NCBI RefSeq assembly: GCF_001457595.1
Contig: NZ_LN831039.1
Location: 2,640,001 to 2,672,000 of the forward strand
From: Mycolicibacterium smegmatis
GTDB taxonomy: Bacteria; Actinomycetota; Actinomycetes; Mycobacteriales; Mycobacteriaceae
DNA length: 32,000 nucleotides
Direction: 5' to 3'
Shown: in pieces, positions 8,850 through 17,327 of the stretch
How positions within the stretch are numbered: the stretch's first letter is position 1
Layout: every line of letters starts with the position of its first letter
The notes under the pieces: generated by a model
Told to the model about the DNA's origin: nothing
What the model saw: the letters and a program-made list of their open reading frames with translations, nothing else
Databases searched by the model: none
Program-made: the position numbers and the translations under genes

Positions 8850-9568
8850 GAGGCCAGCAGGCGCTGTCCGGGGCCGACGGCCTTGTGCCCTGCGGCTCTC
8901 AGCGCCGACCAGATCGTGACCTGGTTGGCACTGAGGACGGGCTTGCCGAGTTCCTCTTCCAGCTTGGCGATCACGTCGTACGTGGGCAGGTTGGTGCAGC
9001 TGATGAAGATGGCCTCGGCGTCGGGGCGGTCGATGCTGCGCACGAGCTCGGCGGTGACCTCGTACGGCACCGTCCAGATCTGTGTGGTCAGGTCGAGGCC
9101 GGCGGCCGCGGTGACACCGATCCCCGCCTCGCCGAGGAAGGACACGAGCCCGCTCGTGAGGTCTGCGGTGTAGGGCGTGACCGCCGCGATCGAGGAGACG
9201 TCGAGATGCCGCAACGCCGTCAACAGGGCGCCACTGGTGGTCAGCGCCGCAGGCGCGCCGGCCTGCGTCATGGCGGCGACGATCTCGGTCTCCCCGGTCA
9301 CCCCGGAGACGAAGCTGCCCGACGTGCAGGCGTACGCGGTGACGACGGGCGCGACGGCATGCAGGCTGGCCGATGCCTGGGCCAAGAGGTTGGGGTTGGA
9401 GACGTAGATCGCCATCTCCATGGTGACGGAAAGGGGGACGTGCGGGGTGCGGGTCAGATGCAAGCTGATGTGTTCTGGCACCCAGCGCCAAAGTTCCCGG
9501 TCAAGCGCGAAGTCGTACGGCACGACGACGCCGATTCCGGTTTGTTCCAAGGGCGGGCACTCGTTCAT
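8846..9568 (-). CDS. Asp/Glu racemase superfamily protein, EutA/maleate isomerase-like (paralogue 2)
   Basis: 240 aa; both Cys motifs present (AYACTSGSFVSG and IFISCTNLPTYDV) plus GKPVLSANQVTIWSALRAAG. Confidence 0.85.
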   Translation of the reverse strand: MNECPPLEQTGIGVVVPYDFALDRELWRWVPEHISLHLTRTPHVPLSVTMEMAIYVSNPNLLAQASASLHAVAPVVTAYACTSGSFVSGVTGETEIVAAMTQAGAPAALTTSGALLTALRHLDVSSIAAVTPYTADLTSGLVSFLGEAGIGVTAAAGLDLTTQIWTVPYEVTAELVRSIDRPDAEAIFISCTNLPTYDVIAKLEEELGKPVLSANQVTIWSALRAAGHKAVGPGQRLLAS

Positions 9569-9606
9569 TGCATCAGTGTGGGGCTGGGGTCGATTCCCCG
9601 CAACTT

Positions 9607-9618
9607 ATTGTTGACAAT
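9607..9618. promoter_or_regulatory. Near-perfect palindrome ATTGTTGACAAT, candidate GntR operator in the divergent eutA2 / D-2-HADH promoter
   Basis: Differs from 2438-2449 (ATTGTCGACAAT) by one central base; contains the -35-like TTGACA. Confidence 0.6.
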
Positions 9619-9650
9619 CCGACAAGTTGGTTCCTACCCTCGACCGCGTG
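9611..9650 (+). promoter_or_regulatory. Candidate sigma-A promoter driving a leaderless transcript
   Basis: TTGACA (9611-9616), 18-bp spacer, TACCCT (9635-9640, TANNNT-type -10), 7 nt, then an in-frame GTG at 9648. Confidence 0.5.
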
Positions 9651-10676
9651 CCGACACCCAATCAGTCCGGTGCGGCCGGTGGCCGTGCGGTCCGCGATCG
9701 ACGTCCGGCCGTCGCGGTTCTCTGCGCGCAGGAGTCCGATCGTCCGCCCGGGCTTGAGGCGCTCGACGTCGAATTCCGTTACTGCACCGCCGACACCCTC
9801 GCCGAGGCCGTGCGCGGTGCACGCGCGATGCTGTTGTGGGACTTCTTCTCCAAAGCCGTTCGCGACGTGTGGTCCGCAGCCGGTTCCGTGGAGTGGATCC
9901 ACGTCACCGCGGCGGGCGTCGACACGCTGCTCTTCGATGAACTGCGCGACTCCGATGTCGTCGTGACGAACGCCCACGGGGTGTTCGATCGACCCATCGC
10001 CGAGTATGTCCTGGGAGCGGTGATCGCGCACGCCAAGGACACCCGCCGAAGCCTCGACCTGCAGCGACAGCACCGCTGGCAGCACCGCGAGACCCGCCGG
10101 GTCACGGGTTCCCGCGCCCTCGTGGTCGGCACCGGCGGCATCGGCCGAGAGACCGCGCGCCTGCTGCGCGCGGCAGGTCTGGAGGTCAGGGGCGCGGGCC
10201 GCACGGCGCGCGACGACGATCCGGACTTCGGCAGAGTGGTTGCCAGCAGCGATCTTTCGGCCGAGGTGGGCTGGTGTGACCACCTGATTCTCGCGGTGCC
10301 GCTCACCGATGCGACGCGCGGCCTGGTCGACGCGGCCGTGCTGGGGGCGATGAAACCCGACGCGCATCTGGTCAACATCGCCCGCGGGCCCGTCGTGGAC
10401 GAGGCGGCCCTGATCGCAGCGTTGACCGAACATCGCATCGGCGGTGCGACGCTCGACGCGTTCGACGTCGAACCGCTGCCCGCCGACCACCCGTTGTGGG
10501 ATGTGCCGAACGTCACCATCACCGCGCACATGTCCGGTGACGTCGTCGGCTGGCGCGACACGCTCGCCGAGCAGTACGCGGAGAACGTCCGGCGCTGGCT
10601 GGCCGGAGAACCGCTGCACAATGTCGTGGACAAGAAGCTCGGCTACATCAGCCAGGCAGGGAGGGGGGTTCGTTGA
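9627..10676 (+). CDS. D-2-hydroxyacid dehydrogenase (NAD-binding)
   Basis: 349 aa as the maximal ORF; ALVVGTGGIGRETARLLRAAGLEVRG Rossmann motif, HLVNIARGPVVDEAALIAAL, GATLDAFDVEPLPADHPLW, NVTITAHMSG. True start may be GTG 9648. Confidence 0.88.
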   Translation: MVPTLDRVPTPNQSGAAGGRAVRDRRPAVAVLCAQESDRPPGLEALDVEFRYCTADTLAEAVRGARAMLLWDFFSKAVRDVWSAAGSVEWIHVTAAGVDTLLFDELRDSDVVVTNAHGVFDRPIAEYVLGAVIAHAKDTRRSLDLQRQHRWQHRETRRVTGSRALVVGTGGIGRETARLLRAAGLEVRGAGRTARDDDPDFGRVVASSDLSAEVGWCDHLILAVPLTDATRGLVDAAVLGAMKPDAHLVNIARGPVVDEAALIAALTEHRIGGATLDAFDVEPLPADHPLWDVPNVTITAHMSGDVVGWRDTLAEQYAENVRRWLAGEPLHNVVDKKLGYISQAGRGVR

Positions 10677-12076
10677 TTCCGACGTCCACAGATCTGGTCG
10701 AGGCGTACCGGCGCAAGGAGATGTCACCGGTCGAGGCGACCCAGGCCGCACTCGACGCGATCGACTCCTACGACAAGTCGGTGAACGCGTTCGTTCTGGT
10801 GGATCACGAAGGTGCGCTCGCCGCCGCGAAAGAGTCCGAGGCGCGGTGGTTCTCAGGTGAACAGCTGGGACCGGCCGACGGGGTGCCGACGTCGATCAAG
10901 GATGCGTTGTGGACCCGCGGGTGGCCGACGCTGCGCGGCAGCACGCTGATCGACGAGGCCGGTCCGTGGGACGAGGACGCGCCGAGTGTCGCGCGGTTGC
11001 GCGAAGCCGGCGCGGTGATCATCGGCAAGACCACCACCCCCGAGTACTCGTGGAAAGGCGTCACCGACTCCTACCGGTACGGCGCGACCGTCAATCCGTG
11101 GGACACCACCAAGACCGCGGGCGGATCCAGCGGCGGGAGCGCGGCGGCCGTCGCGCTCGGTATGGGGCCCTGGTCGGTGGGCACCGATGGCGGGGGATCG
11201 GTCCGCATCCCCGGCGGGTTCACCGGGACCGTCGCGCTCAAACCGACCTACGGTCTGGTTCCGCTGTACCCCATGAGCGCGTTCGGCAGCCTGGCGCACG
11301 TCGGCCCCATGACGCGGTCGGTGCGTGACTGCGCGGCGTTGCTCGACGTGATCAGCCGCTTCGACGGACGCGACGGCACCGCGATGCCGACGCCGACGTC
11401 CTCGTTCCTCGACGGTCTCGACGCAGGCGTCGCGGGTCTGCGCGTCGCCTACTCGCCCAATCTCGGCTACGTGCACAACGACCCCGAGGTCGACGCGGCG
11501 GTACGCGCCGCCGTCGACGTGATCGCCGCTGCCGGAGCCGAAGTCGAGGAGGTCGACCCCGGTTTCGCCGACCCGGTCGAGGCGTTCCACGTGCTGTGGT
11601 TCTCCGGTGAGGCCCACGTCCTGCGGGGCTACGGCGACGCCGTCGACGATCGCGTCGATCCCGGGTTGCGGCGCACCGCGGCGATCGGCGCGACGTTCTC
11701 GGCCGCCGACTACCTCGACGCCACGGCGGTTCGGATGGACCTCGGCCTGCGGATGGGGCGGTTCCACCAGACCTACGATCTGCTGCTCACGCCGACCCTT
11801 CCGCTTCCCGCGTTCACGGCCGGGCAGGACGTGCCCGACGGTTGGCACTCACCCGACTGGACCAGTTGGACCCCGTACACGTACCCGTTCAACCTGAGCC
11901 AGCAACCGGCGCTGACCGTGCCGTGCGGGCTCACCTCAGCCGGACTGCCGATCGGCCTGCAGGTCGTGGGGCCCCGGCACTCCGACGCGCTCGTACTGCG
12001 TGTCGGCCAGGCGTACCAGTCCGCCACCGACTGGCATTTGAAGACTCCGAAAGTTCTCACAGGGGAGGGACATTGA
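10673..12076 (+). CDS. Amidase-signature family enzyme
   Basis: 467 aa, TTG start; [21 protein letters not shown] (catalytic Lys), [49 protein letters not shown] (Ser-cisSer). Confidence 0.93.
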   Translation: MIPTSTDLVEAYRRKEMSPVEATQAALDAIDSYDKSVNAFVLVDHEGALAAAKESEARWFSGEQLGPADGVPTSIKDALWTRGWPTLRGSTLIDEAGPWDEDAPSVARLREAGAVIIGKTTTPEYSWKGVTDSYRYGATVNPWDTTKTAGGSSGGSAAAVALGMGPWSVGTDGGGSVRIPGGFTGTVALKPTYGLVPLYPMSAFGSLAHVGPMTRSVRDCAALLDVISRFDGRDGTAMPTPTSSFLDGLDAGVAGLRVAYSPNLGYVHNDPEVDAAVRAAVDVIAAAGAEVEEVDPGFADPVEAFHVLWFSGEAHVLRGYGDAVDDRVDPGLRRTAAIGATFSAADYLDATAVRMDLGLRMGRFHQTYDLLLTPTLPLPAFTAGQDVPDGWHSPDWTSWTPYTYPFNLSQQPALTVPCGLTSAGLPIGLQVVGPRHSDALVLRVGQAYQSATDWHLKTPKVLTGEGH

Positions 12077-12573
12077 GCAGGTTCATCACGGTGTCGTTGG
12101 ACAAGCGCGGCGTCAGCTGCGTCGCGCGGTTACTCGACGAGGTGGCGCCCCGAACCTGTGCGGCCGTCTGGGATGCCCTGCCGCTGTCGGCGCAGGTCTT
12201 CCACGGCAAGTACGCGCGCAACGAGATCTACACGCTGCTACCGGCTTTCGCGCCCGCCGATCCCGGCAAGGAGAACACCACGATCACGCCCATCCCGGGC
12301 GACCTGTGCTGGTTCTCGTTCGACTCCGACGATCTGGGCAACCCCGCCTACGGCTACGAGAACACCACGGGCACCGGAACCACCGGGGGCATCGTCGATC
12401 TCGCGCTGTTCTACGGGCGCAACAACCTGCTGATCAACGGTGACCAGGGCTGGGTGCCGGGCAACGTGTTCGGCACGATCGTGGAAGGCCTCGACGAGAT
12501 GGCCGAGGCCTGCCAGGACCTGTGGATGGGCGGCGTGCGCGGGGAGACCTTGAGCTTCAGCCGTCGGGAGTGA
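12073..12573 (+). CDS. DUF3830 family protein
   Basis: 166 aa, TTG start overlapping the amidase stop by 4 nt; [37 protein letters not shown]...HGKYARNEIYTLLP...GDLCWFSFD matches the DUF3830 family as I know it. Confidence 0.75.
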   Translation: MSRFITVSLDKRGVSCVARLLDEVAPRTCAAVWDALPLSAQVFHGKYARNEIYTLLPAFAPADPGKENTTITPIPGDLCWFSFDSDDLGNPAYGYENTTGTGTTGGIVDLALFYGRNNLLINGDQGWVPGNVFGTIVEGLDEMAEACQDLWMGGVRGETLSFSRRE

Positions 12574-12591
12574 GCACGTAGCGTGTGAGGA

Positions 12592-13815
12592 GTGACCTCT
12601 TCGAACCTCGGTCTGCTCCCACGCCCGATCACCGTCGACCTGTTCCGCGGACTCGCGGAACTCGAAGACACCGGCCGTGGTTGGCTTCCACACCGCCTGC
12701 CGCGCCCTGCGCGTGCGCGGTGCGACGACCCACAGTTGCTGGGCGCCGAGGCGCAGCCCTCGGGCGTGCGGCTGGCCGTGCGCACGGCCGCGACCGCGAT
12801 CGAACTCGATGTCCTGCGAACACGTGTTGTGCTGACGGGCATTCCGGCTCGTGCCGACGGCGTCGTCGACCTGCTCATCGACGGCCGGCGAGTGCGCCGA
12901 TCCACGGTGTACGGCGGTGATCTGGTGCGCATCGACCCCTCGACCGGTGCGAGCGAAACCGTTCCGGGTGAGGTGGCGACGTTGCGCTTCGAGGAATTGC
13001 CTGAGCACGACAAGACAGTCGAGCTGTGGCTGCCGCACTATGAGCGAACAGAAGTGGTCGGGTTGCGCACCGACGCACCCGTCACGCCCGCGCAGACCGA
13101 CCGGCCCATCTGGATCCACCACGGCAGTTCGATCAGCCAGGGCTCCAACGCCGACACCCCCAGCACCACCTGGCCCGCGTTGGTGGCCTCTGAGGCGAAC
13201 CTCGACCTGGTGAATCTCGGCTTCTCGGGCAGCGCGATGCTGGATTCGTTCGTGGCCAGGTCGATTCGCGATCGTCCGGCCGACCTGATCAGCGTCAAGA
13301 TCGGCATCAACCTGGTGAACTCGGACCTGATGCGCCGGCGGGCATTCGGGCCCGCCGTGCACGGATTCCTCGACACCATCCGCGACGGACACCCGAGCGC
13401 ACCGCTCGTCGTCATCGGGCCGCTGTACTGCCCGATCCACGAGACCACCCCTGGTCCTGGGAGTTTCGACGTCGACGCGCTGGCGTCCGGCACCGTGCGG
13501 TTCGTCGCAGTGGGGGACCCCGCCGACGCCCTCGTCCCCAATGCCGGGTTGCGGCGCCTGACCCTCAGCGGCATACGCGATCATCTCGCCGAGATCGTGG
13601 CGTCCCGGCAGGCCGATGATCCGTATCTGTTCTACGTCGACGGCCTGGACCTGTACGGGCCCGGCGACGAGGCCGCACATCCGCTGCCCGACAACCTGCA
13701 CCCCGACGCGGCCACCCATCGACTGATCGCGCAGCGGTTCGCGCAGATCGCGCAGCGGTTCGCGCACGTCCTGGACGGCCGGGTGTCCGGGTGGTCACCG
13801 GTCCGGACGAGCTAA
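12592..13815 (+). CDS. SGNH/GDSL-family hydrolase with N-terminal beta-rich domain
   Basis: 407 aa; block I IWIHHGSSISQGSN, VKIGINLVNSD, C-terminal LPDNLHPDAATHRLIAQRF (DxxH). Confidence 0.85.
   Translation: MTSSNLGLLPRPITVDLFRGLAELEDTGRGWLPHRLPRPARARCDDPQLLGAEAQPSGVRLAVRTAATAIELDVLRTRVVLTGIPARADGVVDLLIDGRRVRRSTVYGGDLVRIDPSTGASETVPGEVATLRFEELPEHDKTVELWLPHYERTEVVGLRTDAPVTPAQTDRPIWIHHGSSISQGSNADTPSTTWPALVASEANLDLVNLGFSGSAMLDSFVARSIRDRPADLISVKIGINLVNSDLMRRRAFGPAVHGFLDTIRDGHPSAPLVVIGPLYCPIHETTPGPGSFDVDALASGTVRFVAVGDPADALVPNAGLRRLTLSGIRDHLAEIVASRQADDPYLFYVDGLDLYGPGDEAAHPLPDNLHPDAATHRLIAQRFAQIAQRFAHVLDGRVSGWSPVRTS
13726..13767 (+). repeat. 21-bp tandem duplication (ATCGCGCAGCGGTTCGCGCAG x2) near the 3' end of the SGNH hydrolase gene
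   Basis: Copies 13726-13746 and 13747-13767 match at 20/21; encode IAQRFAQ-IAQRFAH in frame. Confidence 0.85.
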
Positions 13816-14594
13816 TGCGCGCGTGCCTTCACCCGGAGCTCGAAATACTTCAGGGCAACGGTCGGGATCAACGCGATCACCGTGATCAGCAGCACCTCGC
13901 CGAGGATGTTGGCCATCCTGACCTGGGTCACGTTGCGGAGCAGTTCGTACCCCAGTCCGGTGGTCCCGGAGAACATCTCGGCGAGAATCAGGCCGACGAA
14001 GGTCAGCCCGAAGCTGACCCGCATCGCGGTGAGCACGGTCGGAACCAGCTGCGGTACCACGATCTTGCGCAGTAGTGCCGGGTAACTCATCTGCAGGCTG
14101 GCGGCGAGTTTGAGATGCAGCCGGTTCACGCCGGCACTGCCTTCGAGCATGATCAAAAACATCGGCAGCAGGCCCTGGAAGAACGCGAACGACACCTGGC
14201 TCAACGCGCCGAGACCCAGGAACAGCAAGAAGATCGGGTACAGCACGATCTTGGGAACGCTGTGGAGCGAGAAGATGAGCGGTGACAGCGTCCGGCTCCA
14301 GAAGGCGTTCAATCCGATCAACACGCCGAGCACACCGCCGACGGCCACCACCAGCGAGTACGCGATCGCGAGGTTCAGCACTGTCGAACCGACGCTCGCG
14401 CGAAACCCGTTGTCCGTGAGCTCCGCACCGAGCGTGGAGATCGACTCGGCCGGCGTGGGGAACACGGCACTGTCGAGGATGTCGGCGCCGACCCACCAAG
14501 CCGCGACGAGGGCGACAAGCAGGACGACGGGCGGAAGTACCCGTGCACGAAGTCGATCTGACGACGGTTTCGTCGTCGGGACGGTCTGTGTCAT
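13812..14594 (-). CDS. ABC transporter permease, SsuC/TauC (NitT/TauT) type
   Basis: MTQTVPTTKPSSDRLRARVLPPVVLLVALVAAWWVG...; FSLHSVPKIVLYPIFLLFLGLG, RKIVVPQLVPTVLTAMRVSFGLTFVGLILAEMF. Start ATG 14594. Confidence 0.9.
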   Translation of the reverse strand: MTQTVPTTKPSSDRLRARVLPPVVLLVALVAAWWVGADILDSAVFPTPAESISTLGAELTDNGFRASVGSTVLNLAIAYSLVVAVGGVLGVLIGLNAFWSRTLSPLIFSLHSVPKIVLYPIFLLFLGLGALSQVSFAFFQGLLPMFLIMLEGSAGVNRLHLKLAASLQMSYPALLRKIVVPQLVPTVLTAMRVSFGLTFVGLILAEMFSGTTGLGYELLRNVTQVRMANILGEVLLITVIALIPTVALKYFELRVKARAH

Positions 14595-15457
14595 CGACGC
14601 CTCCAATCGAGCCGGTTCAACGCCGCGGAGATCCCCAGGTTCGCGATGAGCGCGAGAGCCCCGACGATCAGGATCGCGCCGTACATCTCGGCGACCGCGA
14701 AGCTGTCGTAGGCGTCGGCGATGAAGTTGCCGAGTCCGTCGGAGGCCAGGATGAACTCCATTGCCAGAGTGGCGATCACGGAGTACGCCATGCACAGCTT
14801 CACACCGGCCGCGATATCGGGCATGGCCGACGGCAGGAGAATGAGGCGGAAGGACTGCCAGCGGGTCAGCTTCAACGACCGGTCGAGCTTGCTCACCACC
14901 TCGGGTACCGAGTCGAAGCCCGCCAGGGAGTTCAGGATGACGACGACGATGCTGAACGTCGACGCGAGCACGACGATCGGCCACACGCCCACGCCGAACA
15001 GGACGACGAGGATCGGATACACCGCGAACGTCGGCACCGCATAGAAGACGCTGAGGTATGGCTCGAGCGCCGAACGGACGACGGCACTGCGCCACATCAG
15101 GTATGCCACCGCCACGCCGAGCACAGATGCCACGACGAAGCTGACCACGACGATGCCCGCACTGCGCAGCAGATCGTTCACCAGGAAATCCGTGTCGGTC
15201 AGCAGTTCACCGGCCTGCACGGCCATCTCCGACACCGGCACCAGTGACAGTCGCGGCACCGCACCGGATTGCGCGAGGATCTCGACGCCTCCGAAGAACG
15301 CGATGATCAGGATGAGCCGCCACACACCCGCGGGCAGCGCGAGAACCCGTGTTGCCGGCGGCCGCACATAGCGGGGGACACCCGAGCGCGCGGCGCGTGA
15401 TGTCCGGACCGGTGCGGCGGGCGCCGGTGTGGTGGCCACGGTTTCCGCCGACGTCAT
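14591..15457 (-). CDS. ABC transporter permease, SsuC/TauC type
   Basis: 288 aa; LSVFYAVPTFAVYPILVVLFGVGVWPIVVLASTF, RLILLPSAMPDIAAGVKLCMAYSVIATLAMEFILASDGLG. Overlaps both neighbours by 4 nt. Confidence 0.9.
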   Translation of the reverse strand: MTSAETVATTPAPAAPVRTSRAARSGVPRYVRPPATRVLALPAGVWRLILIIAFFGGVEILAQSGAVPRLSLVPVSEMAVQAGELLTDTDFLVNDLLRSAGIVVVSFVVASVLGVAVAYLMWRSAVVRSALEPYLSVFYAVPTFAVYPILVVLFGVGVWPIVVLASTFSIVVVILNSLAGFDSVPEVVSKLDRSLKLTRWQSFRLILLPSAMPDIAAGVKLCMAYSVIATLAMEFILASDGLGNFIADAYDSFAVAEMYGAILIVGALALIANLGISAALNRLDWRRR

Positions 15458-16248
15458 CGCAGGGTCGCTTCCATCGCCTTGCCTGCCTCGTCTTTGAGCT
15501 GCGCCCAGATCCTTTCGGTGAGCGCCGCCATCCTCGGTGAGGCCAGCGTGTGCTCGTCGCGCGGACGTGGCAGATCGACGTGGATCTCGTCGAGGATCGT
15601 TCCCGGGCGGGCACTCATCACCAGTACGCGGTCGGATAACAGCACGGCCTCCTGAATGCTGTGCGTGATGAACAGAACGCCGCAGGACAACTCCTCGACC
15701 ACGCGCATCAACTCGAACGACATCAGCAACCGCGTCTGCTCGTCGAGGGCGCCGAACGGTTCGTCGGCCAGGATCAGGTCGGGATCCATCGACAGGCAGC
15801 GCGCGATGGCCACGCGCTGACGCATCCCGCCGGACAACTGCGACGGATAATTGTCCTCGAACCCCGCGAGTCCGACCGTGCGGATCAACTCGTCGGCACG
15901 TCGGCGGCGTTCCGCTTTCGGCACCGCGCGCACCTCGAGCGCAAACGCGACGTTGTCCCGCACGGTCCGCCAGGGCAGTGTCGCCGACTCCTGAAACGCT
16001 ATCGCGGTGCGGTCACGCGGCCCGCGCAGTGGCTCGCCTGCCACCGAGACCCCGCCGTCGGCCGGGACCTGGAGACCTGCGACCAACTCCAGCAGCGTCG
16101 ACTTGCCACACCCGCTCGGGCCGACGATCGACACGAACTCACCGGATCGGATCGTGAGATCGATCGGTCCCAGGGCGTGGAGTCCGCCGAACCGCTGTAC
16201 ACAGCCGGACACCTCGACGATCGGCCGGACGCTTCGCTGGTCGGTCAT
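15454..16248 (-). CDS. ABC transporter ATP-binding protein, SsuB/TauB type
   Basis: Walker A VGPSGCGKSTLLELV, signature YPSQLSGGMRQRVAIARCL, Walker B DLILADEPFGALDE, H-loop FITHSIQEAV. Start chosen at ATG 16248; the ORF extends to 16272. Confidence 0.93.
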   Translation of the reverse strand: MTDQRSVRPIVEVSGCVQRFGGLHALGPIDLTIRSGEFVSIVGPSGCGKSTLLELVAGLQVPADGGVSVAGEPLRGPRDRTAIAFQESATLPWRTVRDNVAFALEVRAVPKAERRRRADELIRTVGLAGFEDNYPSQLSGGMRQRVAIARCLSMDPDLILADEPFGALDEQTRLLMSFELMRVVEELSCGVLFITHSIQEAVLLSDRVLVMSARPGTILDEIHVDLPRPRDEHTLASPRMAALTERIWAQLKDEAGKAMEATLR

Positions 16249-16298
16249 GATTGTCTCCGCGGTTGGTCGCATGGTGGTCTCCCTTCGAGGGCGAGAGG

Positions 16299-17318
16299 TC
16301 AGCAGTCTTCGGCGGCTGTCGTGGACGCGCCTTCAGGGAGGTACTGCGGGTCGAACAGCTCACACAGGTCGACCTCTGACGCGTCCTTGCCGACGAGCTC
16401 GAAGCCCTTCAACGCGTTGGCAATCGCCTCGGAGTTGAATCCGACGCCCCAGTAGTCGGATTCGAGGTAGCTCGCCACGATCTCTTCTGCGACCGCGGTG
16501 TCCTCTTTGGTGTGCTTGGCCCAGATCGCGGCGGCCTGCTGCGGATTGTCCCTGGTCCACCCGACGGCTTCGTCGTAGCCGGCGGTGATCGCCTTGATCA
16601 CATTCGGGTGCTCCTCGGCGTACTCGGGCGTCGTCGTCATCACGGTCTGCTGGAACTTCGGGATCACTTCCTTGGCCGAGACCACGAGCTTGTAGGCCTG
16701 CGCGTTCTTGAGCGCTTCGGCGATGGGGACGACGGCGGCATCGACGTCGCCGCCCTCGAGCAGCGCGATGCCCTCGCCGAGCCCGCCTGCCGCCTTGCGT
16801 TGGACGGCGTCGGCGTCGATCCCTTCGGCGTCGGGCAACAGGTAGGTCAGCTGCTGCGTGACGGAGCCTTCCCTGGTGAACGACCAGACCTTCACATCCT
16901 CGACGGAGTTCACCGCCTGGTTCTGCGCGAGCGCGTAGAAATCGTTGCCCGCCAACGACTGCACGGCGCCGCCGACGATGACGAGATCGGCACCGCTCGT
17001 CTTCGCGTCGACCACGGCCGGGAAGCTCGTATCGGCGATCGGAAGGTCGCCCGACAGTTGGTTCTGGATCGTCGACGCTCCGCCTTTTCCTGGCACGATC
17101 TGGCCGACCTCGACGCCGCGCTTCTCGAAGAAGCCCTGGTCGATCCCCACGAGCCACGGCACGGAGAACGGCTCGGTGTCGTGTGTGACCGTGATGTCGA
17201 TCTTGACCGGATTGTCGGGATCGGCGTCGCGGGATTCGGCTCCCGAACAACCGGCAAGCAGACCGATCGTGACGACGGAACTTGCCAGGGCCGCGGACAG
17301 TTTGCGCGTGGTTGACAT
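16299..17318 (-). CDS. ABC transporter substrate-binding lipoprotein, NitT/TauT/SsuA type
   Basis: 339 aa; lipobox VTIGLLAGC; KIDITVTHDTEPFSVPWLVGIDQGFFEKRGVEVGQIVPGKGGASTIQNQLSGDLPIADTSF; adjacent to its permeases and ATPase. Confidence 0.9.
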   Translation of the reverse strand: MSTTRKLSAALASSVVTIGLLAGCSGAESRDADPDNPVKIDITVTHDTEPFSVPWLVGIDQGFFEKRGVEVGQIVPGKGGASTIQNQLSGDLPIADTSFPAVVDAKTSGADLVIVGGAVQSLAGNDFYALAQNQAVNSVEDVKVWSFTREGSVTQQLTYLLPDAEGIDADAVQRKAAGGLGEGIALLEGGDVDAAVVPIAEALKNAQAYKLVVSAKEVIPKFQQTVMTTTPEYAEEHPNVIKAITAGYDEAVGWTRDNPQQAAAIWAKHTKEDTAVAEEIVASYLESDYWGVGFNSEAIANALKGFELVGKDASEVDLCELFDPQYLPEGASTTAAEDC

Positions 17319-17327
17319 CTGATGCTC

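Noticed and set aside
15454-17318. Firm assignment of the ABC system to taurine/sulfonate uptake
   Set aside because: Family is clear but no sulfonate oxygenase is present; ligand cannot be deduced from sequence.
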